Shown: piece by piece, positions 29,394 through 37,689 of the stretch
Position numbering within the stretch: position 1 is the stretch's first letter
How the letters are laid out: each line of letters opens with the position of its first letter
Source: Polyangiaceae bacterium
Lineage (GTDB): Bacteria > Myxococcota_A > Polyangia > Polyangiales > Polyangiaceae
Assembly (NCBI GenBank): GCA_044222475.1
Contig: JBGANF010000015.1
Location: 1 to 64,000 of the forward strand
Length of the DNA stretch: 64,000 nt
Direction: 5' to 3'
Translations under genes and position numbers: made by a program
Notes under the pieces: generated by a model
The model's database searches: none
What the model saw: the letters and a program-made list of their open reading frames with translations, nothing else
Told to the model about the DNA's origin: nothing

Positions 29394-30440
29394 ATGACGG
29401 ACGACGACGAGGCGAGCCCGGCGACGAAGCGCGCCATCCTCGGCGCGACGGTGGCGTTCAACGCCGCCGCGCTGGCGGCGAGCACCGTCCTGCTGATCGA
29501 CTACCTGCGCCCCGCGCCGCTGTTCTGCGGCGAGGGCGGTGGATGCGGCGCCCTCAAGCACACCGACTACGCGGCATGGGCCGGCATCCCGACGCCGGTG
29601 TTCGGCGTCGTCGGATTCCTCGTGCTCGCGGTGCTCACGATGCTCCGCGGCGACATCGTGAGGTTCCTGAACCTCCTCATCGCGACGATCGGAGGGTGCT
29701 TCGCGGCGTACCTGATCTTCCTGCAGATCACGCTCCAGCACATCTGCCCGTACTGCATGGTCACGGACGTGTCGTCGATCGCGCTCGTCGTGCTCGCCCT
29801 CCTGCGTCTTCGGAACGAGGTCGACGGTCCCCGCGCGATCCCCGCGGCGACCGGGCTCGCGCTCGTCTATGCCGCGGCGTTCACCGTCCCGGTTCTGATC
29901 CACAGCCTCAACAAGCCGAGCCTCCCCGAGGTCGTCGCCGACGAGATCCGAAAGACGCCGACCGGGAAGATCACGGTGGTGGACTTCGCCGACTTCGAAT
30001 GTCCGTTCTGTCGCAAGACGCACGCGAACCTCGTCCCGATCCTCGGCGACTACCGCGCGCGGGTGCACGTCGTGCGCAAGCAGGTGCCGCTCAGCCACAT
30101 CCATCCGCACGCGCTCGACGCCGCGAAGGCGGCGTGCTGCGCCGAAGACATGGGGAAGGGGGAGGAGATGGCCGACCTCCTGTTCACCGCGCCGGTCGAT
30201 CAGCTCACGCCCGATGGCTGCAGCGAGATGGCGAACCAGCTCGGACTCGACGAGAGCAAGTTCCGCGCGTGCCTCGACGATCCGAAGACGGCGGCCCGCA
30301 TCGAGGCCGACAAGGCGTCGTTCAAATCGACCGGGGCGCACGGTCTGCCGACGGTGTTCGTGAACACGCAGCGGATCGAGGGAGCGCAAGAGGCCGACGT
30401 CTACCGCGACGCGATCAAGAAAGAGCTCGGGGAGCGGTAG
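29394..30440 (+). CDS. VKOR family membrane domain fused to a DsbA-like thioredoxin domain
   Basis: FCGEGGGC loop, ICPYC in the TM region; DFECPFC, HPHA, GLPTVFVN. Confidence 0.9.
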   Translation: MTDDDEASPATKRAILGATVAFNAAALAASTVLLIDYLRPAPLFCGEGGGCGALKHTDYAAWAGIPTPVFGVVGFLVLAVLTMLRGDIVRFLNLLIATIGGCFAAYLIFLQITLQHICPYCMVTDVSSIALVVLALLRLRNEVDGPRAIPAATGLALVYAAAFTVPVLIHSLNKPSLPEVVADEIRKTPTGKITVVDFADFECPFCRKTHANLVPILGDYRARVHVVRKQVPLSHIHPHALDAAKAACCAEDMGKGEEMADLLFTAPVDQLTPDGCSEMANQLGLDESKFRACLDDPKTAARIEADKASFKSTGAHGLPTVFVNTQRIEGAQEADVYRDAIKKELGER

Positions 30441-30441
30441 C

Positions 30442-31380
30442 TCAGCTCAGGACGGCGAGCAGCGGGCCGACGATCGTTCGCGCTTCGAACGAGCCGACCG
30501 CTGCCAGGCGTGCCTTCTCGCCCTCGAGCACCGCCGCGAGCTCCGGGTACTCGCCCAGCAGCCAGCGCAGCGTCTTGAACGCGAGCGCGGCGTGCTTGGC
30601 TTCGTCGACGCAGATCACGTCGTAGAGCGCGCGGAGGGCTTCGTCGGTCGCCGACTCGCGTTGGCGATCGGCGTGGGCGGCCGCCATCGTTTCCCCGATG
30701 ACGCCGCCGCGGAACACGTCGCGGAAGAGATCGGCCGCCGCCGTCGGACCGCGGCGCAGCGGAGCCGCTGCCGCCGGGAGCGCTCCCAGGACCAGCCGTT
30801 CGCCGGTCGCGCGCTCGATCGCGTCGAGCGTGAGCTCGGTGTGTCGGATCTCGTCGGCGAGCGCGATCTGAGTCTCCGCGAGGAGCCACGTCGGCGCACC
30901 GAGCGCCATGAGCTCGCTGATCGTCCGAGCGAACGCGGCGATGCTCGCGTGCTCTTCGCGCGCAGCGTCCATCAGTGCCTCCGCGTCCCGCGTCGAGATC
31001 GGCGAACCGGCGTAGGCCGCGACGTGAGTCACGCCGCCGACCACGAGCGGTCGCCCGAGCTCGTAGTGCTCGTCCTTGACGCAGTGCCCGACCTGGCAGT
31101 GCTCGTAGGGCGTGCAGTCCTTGTTGGTCATGCACTCCCCCGGCTTGAGCTTTGCGGACGCGGACGCGGTAGCGGGCGCGGAAGCGGAAGCGGAAGCGGA
31201 AGCGGAAGCGGAAGCGGAAGCGGAAGCGGAAGCGGAAGCGGGCGCGGAAGCGGAAGCGGAAGCGGCGGTCGGCTCGGGGGTCACGTCGACGACGTGGGTG
31301 TCCTGCTCCTTGCACGCGAGGAAGGGAACGAGCCCGAGGTGCGCCAGCACGAGCAACGGAACGCGCGATCGAGTCAGCAT
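30442..31380 (-). CDS. lipoprotein with Ala-Ser linker and C-terminal ferritin-like domain
   Basis: FLAC lipobox; EHASIAAF, DEIRH, GETMAA and DEAKH diiron-type motifs. The track ORF starts at 31398. Confidence 0.8.
   Translation of the reverse strand: MLTRSRVPLLVLAHLGLVPFLACKEQDTHVVDVTPEPTAASASASAPASASASASASASASASASASAPATASASAKLKPGECMTNKDCTPYEHCQVGHCVKDEHYELGRPLVVGGVTHVAAYAGSPISTRDAEALMDAAREEHASIAAFARTISELMALGAPTWLLAETQIALADEIRHTELTLDAIERATGERLVLGALPAAAAPLRRGPTAAADLFRDVFRGGVIGETMAAAHADRQRESATDEALRALYDVICVDEAKHAALAFKTLRWLLGEYPELAAVLEGEKARLAAVGSFEARTIVGPLLAVLS
31178..31265 (-). repeat. (GCTTCC)n hexamer tract encoding an Ala-Ser linker
   Basis: gcggaagcggaagcggaa... on the + strand, about 14 units with one interruption. 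Confidence 0.9.
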
Positions 31381-31455
31381 GATCATCGAACCTATCAACG
31401 TCGATCGACGTGGTCACTTACACGTCGCCCCGATGGATGTATGCTCCGCGCGCAC

Positions 31456-31776
31456 ATGCGCTTCGTCCTCTTCTGTGGTGTCGCCATCCTCACCCTCGGC
31501 GCCCTCGCTGCGTGTCCGGAGCCGAAGACCCGCCCCGAAGTGGTCTGCGCCGACCAGTGCGAGAAGCGCCTCGCCTCCAAGTGCGACGACAAGGCGTGCG
31601 CGCGCGGCTGCCTCTTCGTCCTCGATCGCCTCGTCGAGAAAGAGGGCGACAACGTGCTCTCGTGCATGTCGACGCAGAAAGCGTGCGACGACCAGGCATG
31701 GGCCGACTGCGCCGCTCGCATCGGCGTCCACGCCGACGGCGGGCCCGCGGCGCCGCCGCCGAAGCCGGTGGAGTGA
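31456..31776 (+). CDS. small Cys-rich lipoprotein
   Basis: MRFVLFCGVAILTLGALAAC lipobox followed by multiple Cys; TGATG-coupled to the next gene. Confidence 0.7.
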   Translation: MRFVLFCGVAILTLGALAACPEPKTRPEVVCADQCEKRLASKCDDKACARGCLFVLDRLVEKEGDNVLSCMSTQKACDDQAWADCAARIGVHADGGPAAPPPKPVE

Positions 31777-32666
31777 TGCAGATCCGCGTTCGTGACGATC
31801 GCAACCGCGTGCTCCACCTCGCGCGCGCACCGAAGCGCGTGGTGTCGCTCGTCCCGAGCGACACGTACAACGTGTGTGCTCTCGGCGTTGGCGAGACCCT
31901 CGTCGGTCGCACCGACTACTGCGAGCTCCCCGAGCCCTTCGCCGGCCTCGCGAAGAAGGTGCCCAGCGTCGGCGGGACGAAGAACCCGCGGGTGAAGGAC
32001 ATCCTCGCGCTCGAGCCCGATCTCGTGCTCGCCAATCAAGAGGAGAACACCCGCGGTGACCTCGAAGAGCTGGCGCAGGCCGGCGTTCGGGTGTTCGTCG
32101 CGTTCCCGAAGAGGGTCGTGGAGGGGCTCGCCCACCTCGCGCGCCTCGCGCGCATCTTCGGCGTCGAACGCGAGTCGGGCTCGCGCGAGCTCGTCAAGCG
32201 CGGCTACGACGCGCTCCGCCGCGCGGAGAGCGAGGCGCCGGGGAAGCGCGTCCGTGTCTTCTGCCCGATCTGGATGGATCCGCTGATGACGATCAACGGG
32301 TCGACGTTCATCTCCGACATGCTCGTGACGTGCGGAGCGGAGAACGTCTTCGCCGACCGCGAGCGGCGCTACCCGCTCGCGGCCGACCTCGCCAACGCGA
32401 AGCCGCTGCCGAAGGAGAAGACGGAGGAGCGAGACACGCGGTACCCGCGGATCACGCTCGACGAGTTGGTCCAGCGAGCGCCGGATCTGGTGCTGCTACC
32501 CGACGAACCGCATCCGTTCACCGAAGAGGACGCTGCCGTGTTTCGCGCCCTGCCGCCGTTCGCGAAATCGCCGGACCGGGTGCGCTTCGTGAGCGGGAAG
32601 GATCTCTGCTGGTACGGGGCGGTGAGCGTCGAAGGGATCGATCGGGTGAGGAAGCTGATCGGGTGA
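31776..32666 (+). CDS. BtuF-like / helical-backbone metal or cobalamin binding protein
   Basis: PKRVVSLVPSDT, LVGRTDYC, VGGTKNP, ALEPDLVLANQEEN. Confidence 0.85.
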   Translation: MQIRVRDDRNRVLHLARAPKRVVSLVPSDTYNVCALGVGETLVGRTDYCELPEPFAGLAKKVPSVGGTKNPRVKDILALEPDLVLANQEENTRGDLEELAQAGVRVFVAFPKRVVEGLAHLARLARIFGVERESGSRELVKRGYDALRRAESEAPGKRVRVFCPIWMDPLMTINGSTFISDMLVTCGAENVFADRERRYPLAADLANAKPLPKEKTEERDTRYPRITLDELVQRAPDLVLLPDEPHPFTEEDAAVFRALPPFAKSPDRVRFVSGKDLCWYGAVSVEGIDRVRKLIG

Positions 32667-33080
32667 GACCAAGACTACGAAGGTGCTTCGCGTCGAGGTC
32701 GCTCCAAGACTTCACGGAGAGGCCAGCGTCTCGCAACCCACTCCGGATGCGAAGCACCCTTGCAGTCGCGTCTCTCTCGACTCTCAGCGTTCGGGCGTCC
32801 CAGTTTGGGACGACTTTCGAAACTGGGAGGCCGGGGGGAGAGGGGGGCGGCAGCCCCCGTTCGGTCATCGAGGAGCGGAGCGACGAAGATGGCCCGTGGG
32901 GTGAGCGCGCGTAGCGCGCGAGGGGCCGTCAGGGCCCCTTACGTGAGTGAACTAGGCCAGCGTCTCGCAACTCACTCCCGATGCGAAGCACCTCTTGCAG
33001 TCTTGTCCATACTTCCGCGCGAAGCCCCGCCAGGTGTCTTGCCGTTACTTCCGCGCGCAGCACCGTCTGAAGTCTTTGCC
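32663..33080. repeat. structured repeat element, locus A (anchor - hairpin body - anchor - three 36/37-bp tandem units)
   Basis: ggccagcgtctcgcaac(c/t)cactcc(g/c)gatgcgaagcacc at ~32721 and ~32955; tandem units 32972-33008, 33009-33044 and 33045-33080; one inverted unit at ~32663-32700; homologous to 47831-49308. Confidence 0.85.
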
Positions 33081-33111
33081 AACCCGCTGCCTCGTGGTCA
33101 TCTTCTCCACC

Positions 33112-33621
33112 GTGAAGTGGCCCCCGCTCCTCGGACTCGTCTCCGCGACCGCGATTGCTTTCCCCGCCCGCGCCGGCAACGTCGAGATCCCCTCCGCCTT
33201 CTTCATCTCCAAGTCCGAAAACAAGAACCAGGTGCACTACGCCGTCCTCGTCGACGACAACTGCCGGCCCGTCGGCAACGCTCCGGTGCGGCCCTACTGG
33301 CGGGAGCTCGAGCGCGGCCCGGGTGTCACGTCGCCGCTCCTCGATCGCGAACAGCCGGCGTACGGCATCGCATCGCAAACGGTGATCAGCGGCGAGATCG
33401 TCCTCACCCTCCGCGCGCTCCCCGCGCGTCCGCTTCGGATCGAAACCGCTCGTGGGCAGGACGGGGCGTGCGCCTCGTGGACCCACATGACGATCGCGGC
33501 CGAGCCGTCTCAGCTCTACCAAATCCACGTCACGCTGCGCCTCTTCTCGATCGACTCGATCCTCCTCACCGGGTGGACGTGGACCGATCGCCGCGTGATC
33601 CGCGAGACGCTGAAACCCTAG
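33112..33621 (+). CDS. secreted DUF4833-like protein
   Basis: Signal peptide followed by FFISKSENKNQVHYAV...PVRPYW. Confidence 0.7.
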   Translation: MKWPPLLGLVSATAIAFPARAGNVEIPSAFFISKSENKNQVHYAVLVDDNCRPVGNAPVRPYWRELERGPGVTSPLLDREQPAYGIASQTVISGEIVLTLRALPARPLRIETARGQDGACASWTHMTIAAEPSQLYQIHVTLRLFSIDSILLTGWTWTDRRVIRETLKP

Positions 33622-33625
33622 AGAG

Positions 33626-34120
33626 CTAGCGGTGCTTCCCGGCCGCCCACTCGTTCAGGAAGACGGCGCTCTTGTCCCAGCCGGCGCGGAGGTTCTTCTC
33701 CAGCGTGGACTCGAGCATCCCGCCGAGCCCGAAGATCTTCCCCTCGACCTTGAAGTCGCCGACGCGTCGGCACTTGCCGTCGCCTGCCGCTTCCGCGCGG
33801 ATCGTTCCGCGCGTCGAGAGCTTGTCCTCCGGCACGTTGTGCCAGGTCCAGATCTTGGTCGCGCGATCGAACGTGCCCTCTTCGGTGTACGCGAACCCGG
33901 GGCCGAGGAGCTTCGCGATCGGGCCCGGCACGTCGAGCTTCGGGGTCACGCGCACGGTGCGCTTGATCTCGCGATCGTTCTCGGTGAACGCGAGCACTTC
34001 GTACTTCGGGAACTGCAGCCCTTTGGCGTACAGGGCCTCGTTGTACTCCTTGTCGAAGAACGTCTTCCAGAAGCCGTCGACGTCGGTGGAGATGTCGTGA
34101 ACGAGGGTGAAGGTCTTCAT
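33626..34120 (-). CDS. DUF2505 / START-like fold protein
   Basis: FTLVHDIS..VDGFW, YTEEG, VEGKIFGLGGMLE pattern. Confidence 0.7.
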   Translation of the reverse strand: MKTFTLVHDISTDVDGFWKTFFDKEYNEALYAKGLQFPKYEVLAFTENDREIKRTVRVTPKLDVPGPIAKLLGPGFAYTEEGTFDRATKIWTWHNVPEDKLSTRGTIRAEAAGDGKCRRVGDFKVEGKIFGLGGMLESTLEKNLRAGWDKSAVFLNEWAAGKHR

Positions 34121-35133
34121 CGGGTTCCTTGCTCTCCGCGGCGGAGCATCGGCCTGAGTAGGGTCTTGAGGACGCGTTGATCTCGTAGCTCGCGAGCGAT
34201 GGCGGGGAGAAGCCCGCTCGCGTTGAGGTCGTCACGAAAGATGCGCCTCAGCGTACGCGAAGTGGGCAACGTCGGGCGCGTCCACGGAAGCGCCTCGCCG
34301 ACCGCCGCCTCGTAGTGCGCCGCTTCGAGGGTGTACGGCGACGTTTCGAGGTGCAACGTGGGCTTTCCCTCCGGCGGGCGCCACGGTCGGTCGCCGCAGC
34401 TGTGGGCGAAGACCGGCGCGCGTCGGCGCGCGATGTTCCGTAGGCGCTCGTGGACGTTGTAGCCGACGCCGCCGAGCTGGAAGCAGTGCGCGACGTCCCG
34501 TCCGCGGCGCAACCAATGGATCGGGAGGTCCGCGAACTCCTTGCTGCCGAGGAGCCCGGTGAGGACGTCCTGGTCGCCCTTGAACCAGATCTCTCGGTGT
34601 TCGAGCGGCTTCGCCTGCGCCTCGGCGTAGTCGGGCCGGCGAAGGCGCTCCTCCCATGCTTCGAGCATCGGTCGGTGCACCTTCGTGACCCGCGTGACGC
34701 ACGAGTTCGCGGTCAGACGCATCGGGCGCCCGACCTCCCAACCGAGGCCCACGGTGCGCGATGTACCACCTTGGTACGGGACGCCGAACGTCTCTTCCAC
34801 GACCGAGACGACGTCGTCGGCCAATCCGGCGAAGAGCGGGCGAAAGTCGCTCACGACCACGATGTCGGAGTCGACCCAGATCGCCTCGTCCGCGCCCTCG
34901 TCGAGCGCGCGCGCCAGCACGGCCGGCTTCACGTCGTACTTCGCTCCCAGGCCGGCTGCATCGGTGCGCAGGGTGACCATCCCCTGAGCCGCGAACCAGG
35001 CCGCATCGGCCTCGGTGGCGGGGGGCAGGGTCAGGTCGATCTCGACCGAGGGGCTGTGTTTGCGGATGCTCGCGACCAGGACCTTGATCGCGATGACGTC
35101 GCTCGCCCGGTCTTCGTAGAGAACGGCCCTCAC
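34117..35133 (-). CDS. nucleotide-diphospho-sugar transferase (GT-A fold)
   Basis: KPAVL, IWVDSDIVV (DxD), ANSCV, GDQDVLTGLL. Confidence 0.75.
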   Translation of the reverse strand: MRAVLYEDRASDVIAIKVLVASIRKHSPSVEIDLTLPPATEADAAWFAAQGMVTLRTDAAGLGAKYDVKPAVLARALDEGADEAIWVDSDIVVVSDFRPLFAGLADDVVSVVEETFGVPYQGGTSRTVGLGWEVGRPMRLTANSCVTRVTKVHRPMLEAWEERLRRPDYAEAQAKPLEHREIWFKGDQDVLTGLLGSKEFADLPIHWLRRGRDVAHCFQLGGVGYNVHERLRNIARRRAPVFAHSCGDRPWRPPEGKPTLHLETSPYTLEAAHYEAAVGEALPWTRPTLPTSRTLRRIFRDDLNASGLLPAIARELRDQRVLKTLLRPMLRRGEQGTR

Positions 35134-35163
35134 GGTCGCTTGGATAGCACACCGTCCCGTGCC

Positions 35164-36621
35164 ATGGTCTCGTCCATCGTGGCCGCCCGTCGCGTCTCGT
35201 TCGTCCTCGTCTGGATCGCGCTCTGCGCCGAGATGGCGGGCGACTGCTTTGGCGGCAAGTGGGAGACGCCGCTCACACCGGTCACCACGTTCATCTTCAC
35301 GCCGATCCCGGGCCTCAAGTTCCCGCCGTGGTACCTGGCGGTCATCGCCACGTGGGCATGGGCGATGACGTCGAAGGCGTCGCGCGTGGGTCGGGTGCAG
35401 GCGCTCACCACGTCGATTCGAGTCAGCCTCGGCGCCATCGCGACGATGGCGGTGTGGGGGGCGGTCACCGGCGGCGACGTTCGCCAGATGACGTGGCAGC
35501 TCCACGGCTTCCTGATGGGCTTCATGACCGCGCTGATGCTCACGGCGACGTGCACGACCGTCGAGCACTACGTCAGCTTGGGCAAGGTCTTCGTCTTCGC
35601 GACCATCTACCGAGCCGGCATCCTCCTCGTCTTCTGGTTCAGCGTCGGCCGAGATCTCGTCCCGCAGCTCGTGACGCAGACCACTCACGCCGACACCACG
35701 CTCTTCGTGAGCGGCCTGCTCATCCTCGGGATCAACGCCCTCGAGCGACGGACGCTGCGCGCGTTTCTCGTCGCGGTCGTGGCCGCCGTCCCGATCGCGC
35801 TGGCGATTCGCTACAACAACCGGCGCCTCGCGTGGCTCTCCCTCTTGATGGGTATGGCCGTCGTCTACGTGATGTTGCCGAAGGGGAAGGTGAGGCGCCG
35901 GATCAACTACGCCCTCGCGATCGCCGCGCCGCTCCTCGTCGCCTACGTCGTGGCCGGTTGGGGCCGGAGCGAGGGCATCTTCAAGCCGGTGCACGCGCTC
36001 TCGACGATGGTCGGCGAGCACGAGGACTCGTCGAGCGAGACGCGCAACATCGAGAACTACAACCTCGTGATGACGCTCAAGTCGAACCCGATCCTCGGCT
36101 CGGGATGGGGGCACGAGTACCAAGAGGTCTCGGTCGCCTACAGCATCAAGGAGATGTTCGAGCAGTACCGGTTCATCCCCCACAACAGCGTGCTCGGGGT
36201 GCTCGCGTTCACCGGGCTCGCGGGCTTCACCGGGATCTGGCAGCTCTTCCCGGTCTCGTCGTTCTTCCTCGCCCACACCTACCGCGCCACGAACGACCCG
36301 CGAGTCCGCATCGCGACCCTGTCCGCGTTCGTCGGGCTCGTCGTCTTCGTGCTCCAGATGTGGGGCGACATGGGGATGGGCACGATCCCGAGCGACGTCC
36401 TCTTCGGTGCGTCGATCGCGGTGGCGGCGCGCATGCCGTTGCTGGGTGCGCCGCCGAAGCGCCCGTCACCCAAGGCGGGGGTAGATCACGAGGACGGAAA
36501 AGACGTACAGCGCCATGAAGGCACCGAAGGCGATCACCGTCTTCCGGAGCCCGCGCCGAGCGACGCGCTCGCGGGAGAAGAACAGCGGGATCGCGAACGT
36601 CCCGACGAGAACGCTGAGTAG
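35164..36621 (+). CDS. O-antigen ligase / Wzy-like polysaccharide polymerase
   Basis: Multi-TM; NNRRLAW, SSETRNIEN, NPILGSGWG, PHNSVLG (Wzy_C His). Confidence 0.85.
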   Translation: MVSSIVAARRVSFVLVWIALCAEMAGDCFGGKWETPLTPVTTFIFTPIPGLKFPPWYLAVIATWAWAMTSKASRVGRVQALTTSIRVSLGAIATMAVWGAVTGGDVRQMTWQLHGFLMGFMTALMLTATCTTVEHYVSLGKVFVFATIYRAGILLVFWFSVGRDLVPQLVTQTTHADTTLFVSGLLILGINALERRTLRAFLVAVVAAVPIALAIRYNNRRLAWLSLLMGMAVVYVMLPKGKVRRRINYALAIAAPLLVAYVVAGWGRSEGIFKPVHALSTMVGEHEDSSSETRNIENYNLVMTLKSNPILGSGWGHEYQEVSVAYSIKEMFEQYRFIPHNSVLGVLAFTGLAGFTGIWQLFPVSSFFLAHTYRATNDPRVRIATLSAFVGLVVFVLQMWGDMGMGTIPSDVLFGASIAVAARMPLLGAPPKRPSPKAGVDHEDGKDVQRHEGTEGDHRLPEPAPSDALAGEEQRDRERPDENAE

Positions 36622-36636
36622 GATCGCCTTCGCCAC
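36466..36636 (-). CDS. small 2-TM membrane protein (56 aa), not in the ORF track
   Basis: GTG at 36636 directly after the GNAT stop; translates to MAKAILLSVLVGTFAIPLFFSRERVARRGLRKTVIAFGAFMALYVFSVLVIYPRLG*. Confidence 0.7.
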   Translation of the reverse strand: MAKAILLSVLVGTFAIPLFFSRERVARRGLRKTVIAFGAFMALYVFSVLVIYPRLG

Positions 36637-37221
36637 TCAGCGCCCGCCGTGCGGATCGGTCGCGAGCATCGCCCACACCGCGTGATCGAGCCAACGCCCG
36701 TTGACCCGCTCGGCTTGGCGCGCGATCCCCTCGAATCGAAACCCGAGGCGCGCGATCACCGCGAGCGACCGGTGGTTGTCGGTGGCGGCCGCGACGCGCA
36801 CGCGGTGCGCGCGGAGCGTGTGGAACGCCCAGGTCAGCGTGGCGCGCGCTGCCTCGCTCATGTGGCCTTGCCCGGTCGAGTCGGAGCGGAGCCAGTAGCC
36901 GAGCTCGACGCTCTGGTGCAGATGCGCGAACGCCTCGAGACCGACGACCCCGAGGAGCTTCTTCGACCGGCGGTCTCGGATCACGAAGCGGCACGCTCGC
37001 GCGTGGTCCCAGTCCTGGGCGCTCGCCTCGGCGTAGCGATGGCTCGCCTCCTGATCGGTGTTGAACGGAACCCACGGGAGCCACGGGAGGAGCTCGTTGC
37101 GTGAGGCATCCACCGCGAGCCACAGCTCGGCCGCGTCGTCGACGCCCATCGGATGGAGAGACAGCCTGTCGGTTTCGAGGGGCCGGCGCGCGAGCTCGAT
37201 GCGCGGGGGAACGGCGAGCAT
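36637..37221 (-). CDS. GNAT N-acetyltransferase, RimJ/RimL family
   Basis: LETDRLSL, ELGYWL...GQGHMSEA, NHRSLAVIARLGFRFEG. Confidence 0.92.
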   Translation of the reverse strand: MLAVPPRIELARRPLETDRLSLHPMGVDDAAELWLAVDASRNELLPWLPWVPFNTDQEASHRYAEASAQDWDHARACRFVIRDRRSKKLLGVVGLEAFAHLHQSVELGYWLRSDSTGQGHMSEAARATLTWAFHTLRAHRVRVAAATDNHRSLAVIARLGFRFEGIARQAERVNGRWLDHAVWAMLATDPHGGR

Positions 37222-37245
37222 GTGCCGCTCACTCTAGCGCTTTTT

Positions 37246-37605
37246 TTACTTCTTTGCCGTCTGCGCGGGGGTCGGGTACGCGGCGACGAGCTCTTTCGAC
37301 GGCCGCTCCACGGCCTCGAGCGGGCTGGTGATCAGATCACGTCCACCGGCCGCGAAGTAGATGGCTTCGCCCACGTTGGGCTCACCCGGGTTGGGGAGCA
37401 CACCACCGTTGAGGAAGAACTTCACTCCGCCGTGCATCCGCCGGCGAAGGGCGAGGTGTCCGTGGAGGAACTCGCCGGTGCGGCGGTCGCGGACGGCGAC
37501 GCAGAACCCGTCGCGGAAGTGGTACTCGGTGTTCTTCGTGACGTAGACGCGGTGACGGCGCCGATCGGCGCCGGTGTGCTTGGCGGCGTTGTTGGTGCTG
37601 CTCAT
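37246..37605 (-). CDS. hypothetical protein
   Basis: ORF with typical codon usage: RRRHRVYVTKNTEYHFRDGFCVAVRDRRTG. Confidence 0.7.
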   Translation of the reverse strand: MSSTNNAAKHTGADRRRHRVYVTKNTEYHFRDGFCVAVRDRRTGEFLHGHLALRRRMHGGVKFFLNGGVLPNPGEPNVGEAIYFAAGGRDLITSPLEAVERPSKELVAAYPTPAQTAKK

Positions 37606-37689
37606 GGTCCCCCGACCTTCGCGCAGGGCTTTCCACCGGGCCAAGTTTCCGGGTTGCCTCGACGGCGGCCCTGGCGCAGCATTCGCCGC

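Noticed and set aside
29394..30440. VKOR-DsbA fusion as a novelty
   Set aside because: VKOR-thioredoxin-fold fusions are an established disulfide-formation architecture.
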